64,000 nucleotides of DNA from the human T2T-CHM13v2.0 reference genome, Homo sapiens (GCF_009914755.1 NC_060934.1); one strand, 5' to 3'. Counted from the first letter of the stretch, positions 28,700 through 42,579 are shown. The notes: generated by a model from the sequence alone, not told the origin. Numbers and translations: made by a program.

Positions 28700-30120
28700 T
28701 TTTTTTTCTTTCCTCTCCCATCAAATCAAACTGACCATCTCTACACAGAGATACCATGTTAACAACATGATTTTCCTATTTTTTTCATGCTTATATAATC
28801 ACATAAAATATACATATATGGATATGAATAATAATTAAGTAATATACAGTTTCCTGAGTTTTGCTTTTCTCATTTAATGCAGTTGGAAATCTTTTCAAAT
28901 TCAATGGTTTACTTCTTATTTATTCTTTTGATTGGCTATATAATATGTCATGGTCGTGTATCCTATAAGTTGTCCAGTATTCTTTTGACAATGGGCATTC
29001 AGTGTGTTTGCACTTTCAGTCATTATGAACGGTGTTGCAATTAATATTCTTGTACATATGTCTGGTTGCTATTTTGAAGGAGTACACATTCAATATTCTT
29101 AATTTTAATAGTTGTTGATCGATCATTTTCCAAAAGTTTCTAGCAAGCTACATTTCCGTAGGAAGTATATAAGAATATAATCTTATGTTCTCTTATGCTC
29201 CATCTGTAAGAGATGATAATTTTTAATTTTTGCCTATGAGGATAGCATATTATATCACAGCAAATTTCATTTGCACTCTTATTGCTACTATAATTGGACA
29301 TCTTTTTCTAATATATATATTTTTTGTCATTTGGGTAAGATCTGTGCATTGCCTTTTCATTTTTCTTTTCTTTTTTTTTTTTTTTTCTTGAGATGGAGCC
29401 TCGTTCTGTTGCCCAGTGGCGCGGGCACAGTCTCAGCTCACTGCAACCTCTGTCTCCTGGGTTCAAGCAATTCTTGCGTCTCAGCCTCCCAAGTAGCCTG
29501 GGACTATAGGCAAACGCCACCACGCCTGGCTAATTTTTGTGTTTTTAGTAGAGACAGGGTTCACACCTATAATCCCAGCACATTGGGAGGCCGAGGCCAG
29601 AGGATTACCTGAGATCAGGAGTTCATGAATTGCCTTTTCATATCCTTGTGTAGTTTTCTACAGGTTAGTTTATCTCCGCCTTGCCTATTTTTAAAAGCTC
29701 ATGGCATAATTCATCATATTATATGTTAATCTTTTTTGTTTGCATTGCAATATTATCAGTGTCTCTTGTTTATCTGTTACATTTTGGTACCTAATGTCGT
29801 ACAATTTTTTGAAACTTTTGTAACTTAAATAAGTTTCTTTTTATACCTACTGGATTTCTCTCTATGGTAAAGACGATCCCCTGAGATTATAAACTGTGTG
29901 TGAATTTTATTGTTTTATGTTTTACACTTAAGTGTTTTGTTCTTCTGAAATTTATTGATGTACATGGTGAAATAATGAGTCTGCTTTAATTTTATTCCAG
30001 TTGGAAAGCCAGTTGTTTCAATACCATTTGTTGAACTTCACAGTTTTCCACTGAATTAAAATTCCTCCTTTGTTAAACATTAACTTCTTAAATATACTAG
30101 ATCTGTTCCTGGATTATGAT
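28700..30120 (-). mobile_element. Ancient L1M fragments (host of the inverted Alu)
   Basis: Degenerate antisense L1 motifs (AATATTCTTGTACATATGTC, GCCAGTTGTTTCAATACCATTTGTTGAA). Confidence 0.6.
29361..29628 (-). mobile_element. AluS with an inverted 5' segment
   Basis: Minus-strand tail, right arm and linker run to 29564; plus-strand left-arm piece at 29561-29625; perfect TSD ATTGCCTTTTCAT at 29348-29360 and 29629-29641. Confidence 0.9.
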
Positions 30121-30141
30121 TTATAGATCTTTGTCAAGAAC

Positions 30142-30365
30142 TGTGAAGGATCTGAGATTTTATTCTACTTCTGAGTTAACAAGGTAGCCTGCCACAGATT
30201 TTGGATCCTGGAAAAAGATACAAGACTCTTGGGTCAGAGGCAAAGGACAGTATGCAACTCACAGCAATAGCAATAGGAATCATTCCAAAATTTTCTAGAT
30301 TCCCTGAGCCCTAATTCCTTCAGAGTCATGTGACAAGGGCCAAGTGACACTGCTTTCACTGCATT
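30142..30365 (-). mobile_element. ERVL-class LTR fragment (MER76/LTR52-like)
   Basis: TGTGAAGGATCTGAGATTTTA...GTTAACAAGGTAGCCTGCCACAG...GGGTCAGAGGCAAAGGAC. Confidence 0.55.
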
Positions 30366-30369
30366 ACTT

Positions 30370-32610
30370 AAATGTTGATATGTTGTGGAGTTTGTTTTTT
30401 TTTCACTTAGTTCAAGAAATTTTCTAATTTGCTTTGTGATTTCTTTGACTTGTGTTATTTAAATATGTATCATTTAATTTCCAAATATTTAGGGGTTTCT
30501 CATATTTCTTTCCACTGATTGCTAATTTAGTTCCATTGTGGTCAGAGAATACATTTTGTTTTATTTAAATACTTCAAAGATTCTTGAAACTTGTATTATG
30601 GCCTACAATATTGTCTGCAGAATGTATCATATACCCATGAAAATGATGCATATTATATATTTCATCTACTTCAAGTTAATACTGACTTAATTCCAGCAAA
30701 AATAGCAATTTGGCATCAGTTTAATTCCATTTATGCAGCTCTTATTTACCTGAGTTATTACCCGGTTTTACTTGTATCCAGGTTTTCATCTGGTGTTGTT
30801 TCAGCTTCAGGTACTTTCCTTAACATTTCTTGTAATGCATGTCTGCTGCTGACAAATTTAATTTTCATATATCTAAAAATGTCTTTATTTTTATAGCTTT
30901 TTAAACTTTATTTTATTATGATAAAAACACTTAACATTAAATTTGCCATCTTAACCATTTTCAAGTATATAGTTTAGTAGTGTTAAGTATTTTTGTGCAA
31001 CAGATCTCTACAACTTTCTCAGCTTGCAACACTGAAACTCTATACCATTAGATATAAATACTCTCTCTTTCCTCTAATCAGATTTCTACTTACTGTTTTT
31101 ATGATTTTTGACCCTTTAGTTATTTCATCTGCATAGAGTAATACAGGATTTGTCCTTTTGTGACTGGCTTATTTCCCTTAGCATAATATCTTCAAAGTTC
31201 ATCCAAAGTTAGCTATTTTTGTTAAGTTATTGCTGTAATTTTTCAAGGAATATTTGCAGGAGGTTAGAATTCTGGGTTGAGATTTTTCTTCCAGTACTTT
31301 AAAGATGTTGTTGTATTGTTTTCTGGCCCTTAATAAGTTTTTTGTTTTTGTTTTTTGGTTATTGTTGCTCCCCTTTTCCAAATGTAATACTCATTTTCCT
31401 CTGGTTGATTTTAAGATTTTCTCTCAACTCTTTATTTTCAGCCATTTGGCTGTAATGTGCCTAGATATTTGTTTGTTTGTTTTATTATCCTGCTTGGCAT
31501 TTGCTATTGTTTTTCCTTTCCATTTCAAGGTTGTAATTTTCACCAAAGTTATGATAATTTCAACTACTATTTCTTTAAAATATTTTTCTTCCTCTCTCTG
31601 CTCTTTTTTTAGGCTCTGATTCCAACTGTTAGATGACTTAATATTGTTTCATATATCTATCACTGAAGCTGTGTTCTAATCATTTTTTCAATCTTTCTTT
31701 CTCTGTTTTTTAGATTGGAACATTTCTATTTATCTCTCTTCATTTATTGTGCTTTTCTTGGAATCTCAATTCTGCTGTTAAGCCTATTAAGCAAAATTCT
31801 AATTTTAACATTGTAATTTTCAGTTCTAAAATTTCCATTTAGTTCACAGTTATAGCTTCCAAATTTCTGTTAACATTTTCTTTCTGTTCATTCATTCAGT
31901 AATATTTTTATTTACACTTTTGAACATGTTTATAGTAGGTGTTCTGAAATCTACACTATCACATCTGGGTAATTGTGGGGTTGGTTTTATTGACTTTTTT
32001 CTCTTGATATGGGAATTTTGTTTTTGTTTTGCTTTCTTTTTAAAATAATGTCTAGTAATTTTTGTCGTGTAATGTACATTTTAGTTGTTATATTGTAGGC
32101 ATTCTGAATTTTGTTATATTTCAATGAAAAATCTCAAAATTTGGCTTTTGTCCTACCCAACAATTAATTTAGCTAAACTGTAACTCCTAATTCTGTCACT
32201 CCTTTGGTGAACAAGCAATTGAAATTTCCCCTCAATTTCTTGGGCCTCCACTATTTCCTTCACTTGAACCTCTGGAGTATATATAGTTCAGGGATTAACC
32301 AAGGATTTGGGTAGAGTTTATAAACAGATTTAGCCCTTCTCCTTTATAGCTGTCCTCATTGGGGATTTTCTCTGTCAGACCTAAACGCCATCCTACGCAT
32401 TCAGAATGCCCTCATCTATTCAGACTGGGACATACCCTCACAGAAGAAGCTGCAAAAACAAATTTTGCCCAGGGCATTAATTCTCTTACAAGGATGTTTT
32501 CCCCTAAGTTATGTAAGCTTCGCTCATTCTCCAATGCCTTAAAAAGGTTGTTTTTATTCATATTTTGTCAAGAGTTTATAAGTATTGTCTATGGGAGATT
32601 CGACCACTCT
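30370..32610 (-). mobile_element. Nested old L1M fragments, including an L1MA 3' end at about 30895-31215
   Basis: TTCCATTGTGGTCAGAGAA, GTGCAACAGATCTCTA, GTGACTGGCTTATTTC, TAGAATTCTGGGTTGA. Confidence 0.7.
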
Positions 32611-34707
32611 ACTATTATAGGTAAACCATAGAGATATTGTGGATTCAGTTCCAGACCACCATAATAAGGTGGATATCATAATTAAGTGAGTTAAAATAAT
32701 TTTTTGGTTTCCCAGTACCTACAAAAGTTATATTTACACTATATCATAGTCTATTAAGTGCACAATAATATTATGTCTAAAAAATATAAATACCTTAATT
32801 AAAAAATACTTTATTGCTAAAAACTGCTAATAATCATCGGAGTCTTCAGTGAATTGTACTCCTTTTGCCGACGGAGGGTCTTGCCTTGATGTTGATGGCT
32901 GCTGACTGATCAGGGTGGTGGTTGCTGAAGATTGGAGTGGCTCTGGAAATTTCTTAAGACAACATTGAGGTTCACCACATTGATTGATTCTTCACTTTAT
33001 GAAAGATTTATCTATAGCGTGTAATGTTGTCTCATAGCATTTTACCCACAGGAGAACGTCCTTTAAAATTGGAGTCAATCTTCTCATACCATGCCATTGC
33101 TTTATCAACTAAGTTGATGTAATACTCTAAACCCTTTGTTGTCATTTCAATAATGTTCACAGCATCTTCACTAGGAGTAGATTCCATCTCAAGAAACTAC
33201 TTTCTTTGCTTATTCGTAAGGGGCAACTACTCATTCGTTGAAGTTTTGTCATGAGATTGCAGCAATTCAGTCAGATTTTCAGTCTCTATTTCCAATTTTA
33301 GTTCTCTCGTATTTTGACCACATCTGCAGTTGTTTCCTCCACTGAAGTCTTGAACTCCTCAAAGTCATCCATGAGATTTAGAATAAACTTTTTCCAAACT
33401 CTTGTTAATGTTGATATTTTTACCTTCCATGAATCATGAATGTTGTTAATGGCATCTAGACTGGTGTATCCTTTGCATAAGGTTTTCAACTTTCTTTTCC
33501 CAGATTCATCAGAGGAATCAATTTTTATGGCAGCTATAGCCTTTATGAAATAGATTTCTTAAATAATAATTGATGAAAGTCAGAATTACTTTTTGATCCA
33601 TGAGCTGCAGGATGGATGTTGTGTTAACAGCATAAAATGAAGATTAATCTCCATATGTATCTCCATCAGAGTTATTGGATGACTAGGTGCATTGCCAATG
33701 AGCATTCATATTTTGAAAGGAATCTTTGTTTTCTGAGCAGTAGGTCTCAACAGTGGGCTTTCCATAGTCAGTAAATCATGCTATAAACAGATGGACTATC
33801 ATCCAGGCTTTGTTATTCAATTTCTAGGGCACAAGTAGAGTAGATTTAGCAACATTCTTCAGGGCCTTAGGATTTTTGGAATGGCAAGTGAGCATTATCT
33901 TCAGCTTAAAGTCATCAGCTCCATTAGCCCCTAACAGGAGAGTCAGCCTGTCCTTTGAAGCTTTGAAGCCAGGCATTGACTTCTCCTTTCTAGGTGTGCA
34001 AGTCCTAGATGACATCTTCTTCTAATAGAAGGCTGTATTCATCTCCATTGAAAATATGTTGTTTAGTATATCCATTTTCATCAATAATCTTAGCTAGATC
34101 TTCTTGATAACTTGCTGCAGCTTCTTCATCAGCACTTGGTGCTTCACCTTACATTTCTATGTTACAGAGATGGCTTCTTTTATTCAACTATGAACCAACC
34201 TCTGCTAGCTTTGAACTTTTCTTCTGCAGCTTCCTCAACTTTCTCAGCCTTCATTATGGCCTTGCTCTGGATTAGCCTCTGGCTTAAGGGAATGTTGTGA
34301 CTGGTTTGATCTATCCAGACCACTAAAATGTCCTCTATATCTGCAACAAGGCTGTTTCACTTTTTTATTATTTGTGTGTTTACTGGAGTAACACTTTTAA
34401 TTTCCTTCAAGAGCCTTTCCTTTGCATTCACAGCTTGGTTAGCTGGCTCAAGAAGCCTAGCTTTCATCCAAGGTTGGCTTTTGATATGCCTTCTTCACTA
34501 AGCTTAATAATTTCTAGATTTGATTTTAAAGTGAGAGAAGTGTAACTTTGCCTTTCATTTGCATGCTTAGCACCACAGGAGGGTTATTAAGTGTCCTAGT
34601 TTCACTATTGTTGACCTCAGAAAAAAGGGAGGCCCAAGAAGAGGACAGAGGCAGTGGAATGGCTGGTTGGTGAAACAGTCAGAACACACACAACAGTTAT
34701 CAATTAA

Positions 34708-34817
34708 GCAAGGATCATTTGAGTCCAGGATGTTGAGGCTGCAATGACCTGTGATCATGCCACTGTGCTCCAGCCCAGGAGACAGAGCAAGACTCTATCG
34801 CATACACACAAAAAAAG
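34708..34817 (+). mobile_element. AluJ/FRAM 3' fragment inside Tigger1
   Basis: GGATCATTTGAGTCCAGG...GAGGCTGCAATGA...GACAGAGCAAGACTC. Confidence 0.8.
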
Positions 34818-34881
34818 TTTTCCATATTATATAGGCATGGCTGTTCCCCCAAAATATTACAATAGTAATATCAAAGATATT

Positions 34882-35105
34882 CCAGGAGTTTGAGACCAGC
34901 CTGAGCAACCCCATCTCTATAATTTTTTTTTTTTTTTTTTACCTGGGCCTGGTGGTTTGTGCCTGTAGTTCTAGCCACTCAGGAGACTGAGGTGGGAGGA
35001 TCACTTGAGCCCAGGAATTTGAGGTTGTAGTGAGCAACCTCTGTATCAAACTCCGTATCTCACTGTATCAAAATAAATACATAAATAAAAATAAATAAAT
35101 AAAAA
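34882..35105 (+). mobile_element. Truncated AluJ inside Tigger1
   Basis: CCAGGAGTTTGAGACCAGCCTG...GGAGGATCACTTGAGCCCAGG; (TAAA)n tail. Confidence 0.8.
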
Positions 35106-35704
35106 GGTCACTGATCACAGATCATCATAATAGATATAATAATAAGGAAAAGTTTGAACTATTATGAGAATTACCAAAATGTGACACAGAGATATGAAGT
35201 AATCACACGCTGCTTGAAAAATGGTGCTAATAGACTTGCTCAACAGAGGTTTGCTGCAAACCTTCAATTTGTAAAAAAACACAATATCCACAAAGCACAG
35301 TAAAGCAAATTGTAATAAAACAACATATGCCTGTATTGAAATAAGAATCTGTCCACAATTCTGATAAGCTAAAACAACCATCAATTATGGAATTTCTGTT
35401 AACAATCTCTTGGGAAGGAAAAGTCAAGAAGGAAGTCAATGATTTTTAATGAATAATTAAAATGAAGTCAATGATTAATGAATAATCAAACAATAAATGT
35501 TTTCTAGCTAGTTGCCAAAGTAATTTCTTCTGAACACATAATAGTTGTTCAAAAAAGGCTGATAAACTAATTCATAGAAATGTTGACCCTTGTGTGTATA
35601 CTTTATCAATGTAGCCATTATATGGCTTTCATAAGCTTGTATGGCTTACATTTATATGTAAAGCTTTACATTTATATGTATGTTTATATGAAAGTTTATT
35701 GATC

Positions 35705-36062
35705 AATAAAAAATGGCATGCACAGCAACCTGGGTGTAATCAGAGGCTATTGTTCTAAGTGAAGTAACTCAAGAATGGAAAACCAAACTTTGTATGTTCT
35801 TCCTCACATGTGGTAGCCAAGCTATGAGGATGCAATTGAATACATAAGCAAAAGCATAGAATGATAGGTTGGACTTTGGGGACTGGGAGAAAGGGTAGGG
35901 GGGTGTTGAGGGATAAAAGACTACACGTTAGGTACAGTGTACACTGCTCAGGTGATGGGTGCACCAGAATCTCAGAAATCACCACTAAAGAACTTATTCA
36001 TGTAATGAAACACCACTTGTTCTGCAAAAACCTATTGAAATTAAAAAAAGTTAAAGTTAAAA
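35705..36062 (+). mobile_element. L1PB 3' end
   Basis: AAGCTATGAGGATGCAA, GGGATAAAAGACTACAC, GAAATCACCACTAAAGAACTTA. Confidence 0.87.
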
Positions 36063-37930
36063 AATGTGCATAAAAGAAGTGTCAAGGGAATCATATCCTA
36101 TGGCAGCTCAGGATTAGCTGTGTATAAATGTTTTGGTTTGTTTTATAAAAAATTATTTACTTACTTGTATGAAACCTGGCTATGAGTATGGGTTAAAAGT
36201 TACTGAAAACATTGGTTAAAATGACCAGATATTTCCTTTCCTTTGTCACTGAAGCCAGTTAAAGTTTGGCAACATTGGAGACCCAGGATGAGTTCAGGGT
36301 GACATTTTGTTCTCCTTTAAATCACAATTTTTCCCTCTTTGCCTTTCCTGCCAAAAAGCCTGTAATTTTTGTACAATAAGTTTTATAATAGATATTTGTT
36401 TAAAAAGTAGGCTGAGCCAAGTAAAGAGTCATTATATACTTTTCTTCTTAAATGGAAAATATGCTTTCATATGATTTTGAAAAGACGCAAGAATAGCAAT
36501 GTTTTAGGCATATCTGGTACTGGCTTTGTGTAGGAAATGATAATAGTCAATTATTACCATTTTTAATAAGAGCATTGCATTTTCCTTTCTGAAGTGCTCT
36601 AAAGTGACTAGTTTTGCATATAAAACTGTGAATATCTTGGGGACAGAGCTGCATCACATTTCTTTGTACTCTGTGTCTAGCACAATACCTGGTACACAGT
36701 AAAAAGACAAGAAATATTTGTTTTCCAAATAGTTTTTTTTTTACTACAAATATATTTTTTAAGAAGTGAGACATAGATTATTGGATTTTCATCATTTCCA
36801 TCACTTTACACATTGTGTTAATGATCTATAGTTTTAATATAAAAACTTCAATGTCAGATAAATTTCCTTTCTATTTTAAAGTATAATCTATATCTCAGGC
36901 AAGTAAAAATTCTATTCTTCATGTAAAGTATTATTTTGGAAAACAAATTCTGAAGTAAAGTTTTTTTTTGCTTGAGAAATGAGTGTTACATTTTCACAAT
37001 TTAGAATTTTAAACATAGCTTAGGGTGACCATTGTTTAAGGGGAAAATGATTAGACTTTGAGATTCTTAAGGTGAGGGCAGTGTATTGTTCTGGCTGCCT
37101 TTATATTTGGAATTCCTAGCATATAGTAGGAAATCAATAAATATTGAATTCAATCAGTAAAGAGTGAATGCTACATTTATTAAAATATGTTAAGATAATA
37201 AATGTGATTCTAATGTTTCTTAGCAAATCAACTGCCAGTCAGAAAAATTCATAGGTTAACAGCAATCCATTCAGTGTTTTCTACATTTCATTGGAATTTT
37301 CCAACGTGGCATTAACTTTCAGTGATCTACCGAAATACATTCACTTTTTTCCTACTTTCATGATGGTATTTTATTACATGTATATTTGCATGTTTAGATT
37401 TTCTGTTTTGTTTACTGATCCTGACAGCCGTTAAGCAGCTTGAGGAGCTGAACATTCTGTATTTATTCTGACTGATGATGATTCTGTTTGAAGGTCCGCT
37501 CATCATTGAATAGTCACTCAAGATTCATTTGAAAAAAAGACTCACCCAGTAGTCATTGTCTTCATTCACTTAATAGATGGAGGACTGTAATTTATGAAAA
37601 GGAAGATAACTTGTGTGGAGCATAGCATACTGTACAATTGCCTTTTATTCCAGACTTGACTTATTTTTTTGACCTTGCATTCCTCTGTTTATATTCAGGC
37701 AGCTTCCATAAAATAATTACAGTAAGACTAATCTATAATTGTAACAGGCAGTTGGTATTTTTCTGCATTCTTTCACATGTACAAATTACCCAGCTAAATT
37801 GAAAATAAAATAGGTGGATCTATTTCATACTAGTATTATCCAGTCGGGAGTCTCCATTTTGAGAAAAGGCACTACTCTGGATATATTGAGTAGAGAGGGA
37901 TCTAACGTTGAGATCATTACAATAGGCTGA

Positions 37931-38422
<492 letters not shown>

Positions 38423-41400
38423 TAACAATGAACTCTAATGAGTTATTGAGTATAAAATGTTGTTAATAAAAACACTTCCATGAGGGTCCATTGATATAAT
38501 ATTATGATGGCCCCACTAGATTCTGAATTCCTAAAAGGAAGGTACCTATATTTATTCAGTGTTCTTTATGGAACTGAATTATGGAATCGATAGTTTGTGA
38601 CTTCAGAAAAGATTTCCAAGAGAGAAAAAAGCTAGGGAATAAAAAATGTAGCAGTCTTTTCACTCAATAATCTCGGAAAGCAGATTCATTTTTAGAGCTT
38701 TTATCTGCTTTTACAGACTTTAGGTACCATTTGTTGGGACTGGTGGGGTTGGGATGTGTCTGCTTATGCATACAGGAAAGGATAATGTTGTACTAGGCAT
38801 AATATTCTAGGTTATGTGAAATTTATATTTGCTTTTTGTATTACATATTGGAACGTGGATGTATAATCATTGTCTAAGTTTCAGAGATTTCGTTGCCACT
38901 TGTTCAATGAAAATGTAAACAGTTGTGTCTACCACTCAATTTGCTTCAGAATTTGGAAAAGATGTTAAACATAAGAGTAAAGCAAAATAAGTGATTTTTA
39001 TTTTAAATACAATCAGGACAAATTTGAGCTGATTCTTTAAATTAGCTCTATCTCCAGGAATTAAAAATCTTATTTCTAAACTGGATATTCTAAGAATGGT
39101 ACACATCATTTTCACATGTACACTAAATATTATTAGTTCAGCGTCACTCTCAGTTTTATATTAAAAGTTGCTTGTCACCCTATTTTTAGAAAACTCTTTC
39201 CTTATATTCTTACAGTTTAGAGTAAATGGATGTGAAAAACTCCACAAAAATCACTAGACAGAAATCTAAACACGTGAGTACTTATGCACATAACATTTAT
39301 ACAGAAATATCAAGTATGTTTTTGAGCATGTGGTCTTAGTAAGCATGTTAATGTTTCACAGAAGAGTTTAGTGGGAATAAAATTATGAATCTATTATTTA
39401 AATGAGGTAAAGGATTATATGGTTCTTTATGCAGAAAATATATCTCGTTTCTCTTGCTTTATTATCTCATTTGGTTTTAGATGAAGGATGTCAGATTGTA
39501 TAATGAGGAAACCAGTTCTCATTTTCACCAAGACTGCCCAAATTTAATACGTGTGCTTCAAGCTTCAGTATCCTTCTAAGTAATAGGCTGCTATGTGTCT
39601 TACTTTTTTGTTTGTCAAATGGGGGCAAGGGCATTGTGAAACTTATAATTTCGTTCTGCTCAACTGACTGTAATAATATTAATTGAAATGGCTACAATTT
39701 ACTGTGATATTAAAAGTTGGAATTTTCTACTGTTTCTAATATGCTTTTAAAGATATTTTCAGAGTTATTGGAATTATTAGAGGTAGCAACCAAAGATACT
39801 TTCACAGACTACTTCTAACAAATTAGCAAATTCTATTCATAATCAAGACATAAATAGCATAATAAAATGTATAGCTAGGTCTAGGCCTATAAAGGGTTTT
39901 TTTTCCTCCAAAACATCAGTTCAAAATAAATCATTCAATACCTATACTCTAAATGTCTTTGTAGGTTATTCTGTATCTGCATGGAATGTACACCAGTAAA
40001 AAGGATAACTTAAGGATAATACAGAATTTATATTTTACTTATTTCCTTCTCAATTAGTATACATACACATATGCATACACACAGACCACTTGAGCTACCT
40101 TGATGGCTAGCCCACACTTTTACCTAAATGAGAAATAGAGTAAGTAGTGAAGTAAAGAGGAAAAAATACGAGGGCTAGATTTGTCCAACTTACACTTTCT
40201 AGCAATAAAAAAACAGCAGGAGAGCTTCAAATAGTTCTGAAGAGAAGTAGAATGGCAATTTCTTTATTTAACAACATGTTGACATAAAGATTTAAAAATG
40301 TATATTTATTAGAAAGAAGGGCAAAATTTGATTCTTCCTGTTTAATAAAATAAGGTCACCATTTATCTGGACATGCACACGGGAAACAAAATGGCTGCAG
40401 AAAAGAATGACTTTGAGATCAGACCCATCAAATAAGATTACTTAATTGTCTGCTGCCATACTAGACACTCAGAAAAGCAAAATAAGATAAATAATTTCAT
40501 TGTGAGGGTAAGAAATTCTATTAAATTGTAAAATGTTGTGTACTTGGGTAGCGTGGGGTGGATATAATTAGGAATCATGTCTTTACTTGGCGGATCAGCC
40601 TATTAGGCTGGGTAGCAGGTAGGTAGCTTCAGAAAAGGCAAGCTAAAGAAAAGACTCAGAGGTAGAAATGAGTGTTAGGGCTGTCCTAGGAACTAGGAAC
40701 AAGGGCCTAATGACACCCAAGACTTCTGCGTTTATTTTTACCTGATTTATCTGAAAGGTTCAGTCCCAGAGATAAAAAATTGAATGATGAGGCTGGGCTT
40801 GATTCACATACTGATAAAGGAGACAGACTGTCCTCTGGAAACTGATTGTGCAAAATTATCAGAACCTTGGCACTGATAAGGCAAGGGAAGAATGCTGAAA
40901 CCAGCAAGATTGGTGACATTTATGAAGGCACATTTATGCAATGGGAAAACATTCATGTATTTATAAAGGTCCCTTGTTATTGACTAATCAATCTATATGC
41001 TGTAGTGAACTCTGAAGAAAAACATAAAAAGATAGTTTAATACTGACAAAGATAGATATTTCCTATTGTTTTTTTTACAACGAGGAAAATCCACAGATTT
41101 CCCCCCACCCCTCCACGCCTGCTAGAGGTTAGCAGACATGGGACCTGCTCCTTTTTTTCAGTGTTGCAATTTTCCCCAATATTTCCTCCTCCTGAGTCTT
41201 CTGCCTTGAGCCCAGGTTTCCTTAAATATAAAGCGGAAGTGCTTCTATATAACTGAACCCAGTTTTTTGATTTCCTGTGGTAAGTCTGTTTTAAAATGAC
41301 TGTCATACAATGGATTTTGCTGTTTCTATGTCTTGTGTATTTGGTTGAAACCCTAACTAGTTCTTTTAATTTCTTCCTTTCAAACACGTCTGATGCAAAT

Positions 41401-41489
41401 GAATAAAAGTTAAAACCCAGTGATCTCAAGATGGGAGTTGGGTGGGAGAGGGTAAATTATTTGAAATCAACAGGAAACCTCATTCTCGA

Positions 41490-41630
41490 TGTCCTGAGGT
41501 TAATGTTCACATCTGTTAAGTAGCTGAATATGTCTTGAGCAAGTCACTTGGTCTCTGTAGGCATTGGTGTTTTCATCTGAGAAGGTGGGATGATTACAAC
41601 TTTGAAAGTTGCTTTACATTTCAATGACTG
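41490..41630 (+). mobile_element. MIR fragment
   Basis: TCTTGAGCAAGTCACTTGGTCTCTG...TTTTCATCTG. Confidence 0.6.
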
Positions 41631-42579
41631 CATCAGGACATAATATGTCCTATTTAAAGGCTATGGTAGCTTTTTACCAGTGTTTTCACATAAATGACTG
41701 ACGCTTGGCATAGTGCTGTGTGAGTAGCAAGCATTCACTGTACAATGAACAAATGGGATGGATTTTTCTGACATTATTGATTCCAGTTGGAAAGTCATAT
41801 GATATATATTGCCATCTTTAAAAATTAATAGCACCCCTGTCCATACCTAATACATTTTCATAATCTTCCCTATTTATTTTCTTCCTCAAACTTTCAATAC
41901 TTTATTGTATTACTGATATCAGGAAATTTGAAAAAAAGTGGGAAAATAAAATAAAAATCTCATTTTCAGTCTGCTAATTTTATAGTAGATCTATTAAGTA
42001 AAACTAATCATAGCTAAAAGTATTTTCACCACAGTTCTCAAATTTCTCATTCAGCTATAACCAGAGAAGCTAAAGTGTAAAAATTAACAGAGATTGTTGA
42101 AAGGAGTCATATGCTAGTGAAAATAGGAAATTTTAATAGAAATTTTTTTACAAACTTTACTCCGGTGATTGTTATAATTGGAGATACTGAATTGAAAATG
42201 TGACCAAGATGTTCAATGACAGGCATTTGGACAGCTTCTGGAATAAAAATATCCAGGCACTTTGTAATTTTAGATTTTTTTGAAAGTTTAATCTCTTTTG
42301 TCATTTGCTCCCGATCACATTTATTTCTTTATACACATTTATTTCTATAAACTATGCATTTACATTTGTATGAGCAATGTGGCATTAAAATTATATTTGG
42401 AGTGATCAAAGAGTTTCAAATTTTCATGAATTAGTAAAATTAATAAAAAGTAGATTATTTTTAATTTTAATAAATTTCAACATCAATTTTTTTCATGAAC
42501 CATGTTTTTGTTATTCTATCTAAAAAGTCATCACCAGTTAATTTTTTTAAGCATCACATTTATTAAAATATATTTTAGT

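Larger units (their letters stand above)
32618..35333 (-). mobile_element. Tigger1 (TcMar/pogo) near-full-length DNA transposon, decayed
   Basis: Both termini present with TA on each side; transposase peptides [19 protein letters not shown] and [22 protein letters not shown]; about 2.4 kb after removing two Alu pieces. Confidence 0.93.

Noticed and set aside
33298-34015. Tigger transposase ORFs as a TIGD-like gene
   Set aside because: They are fragmented by stops and frameshifts within a Tigger1 fossil.
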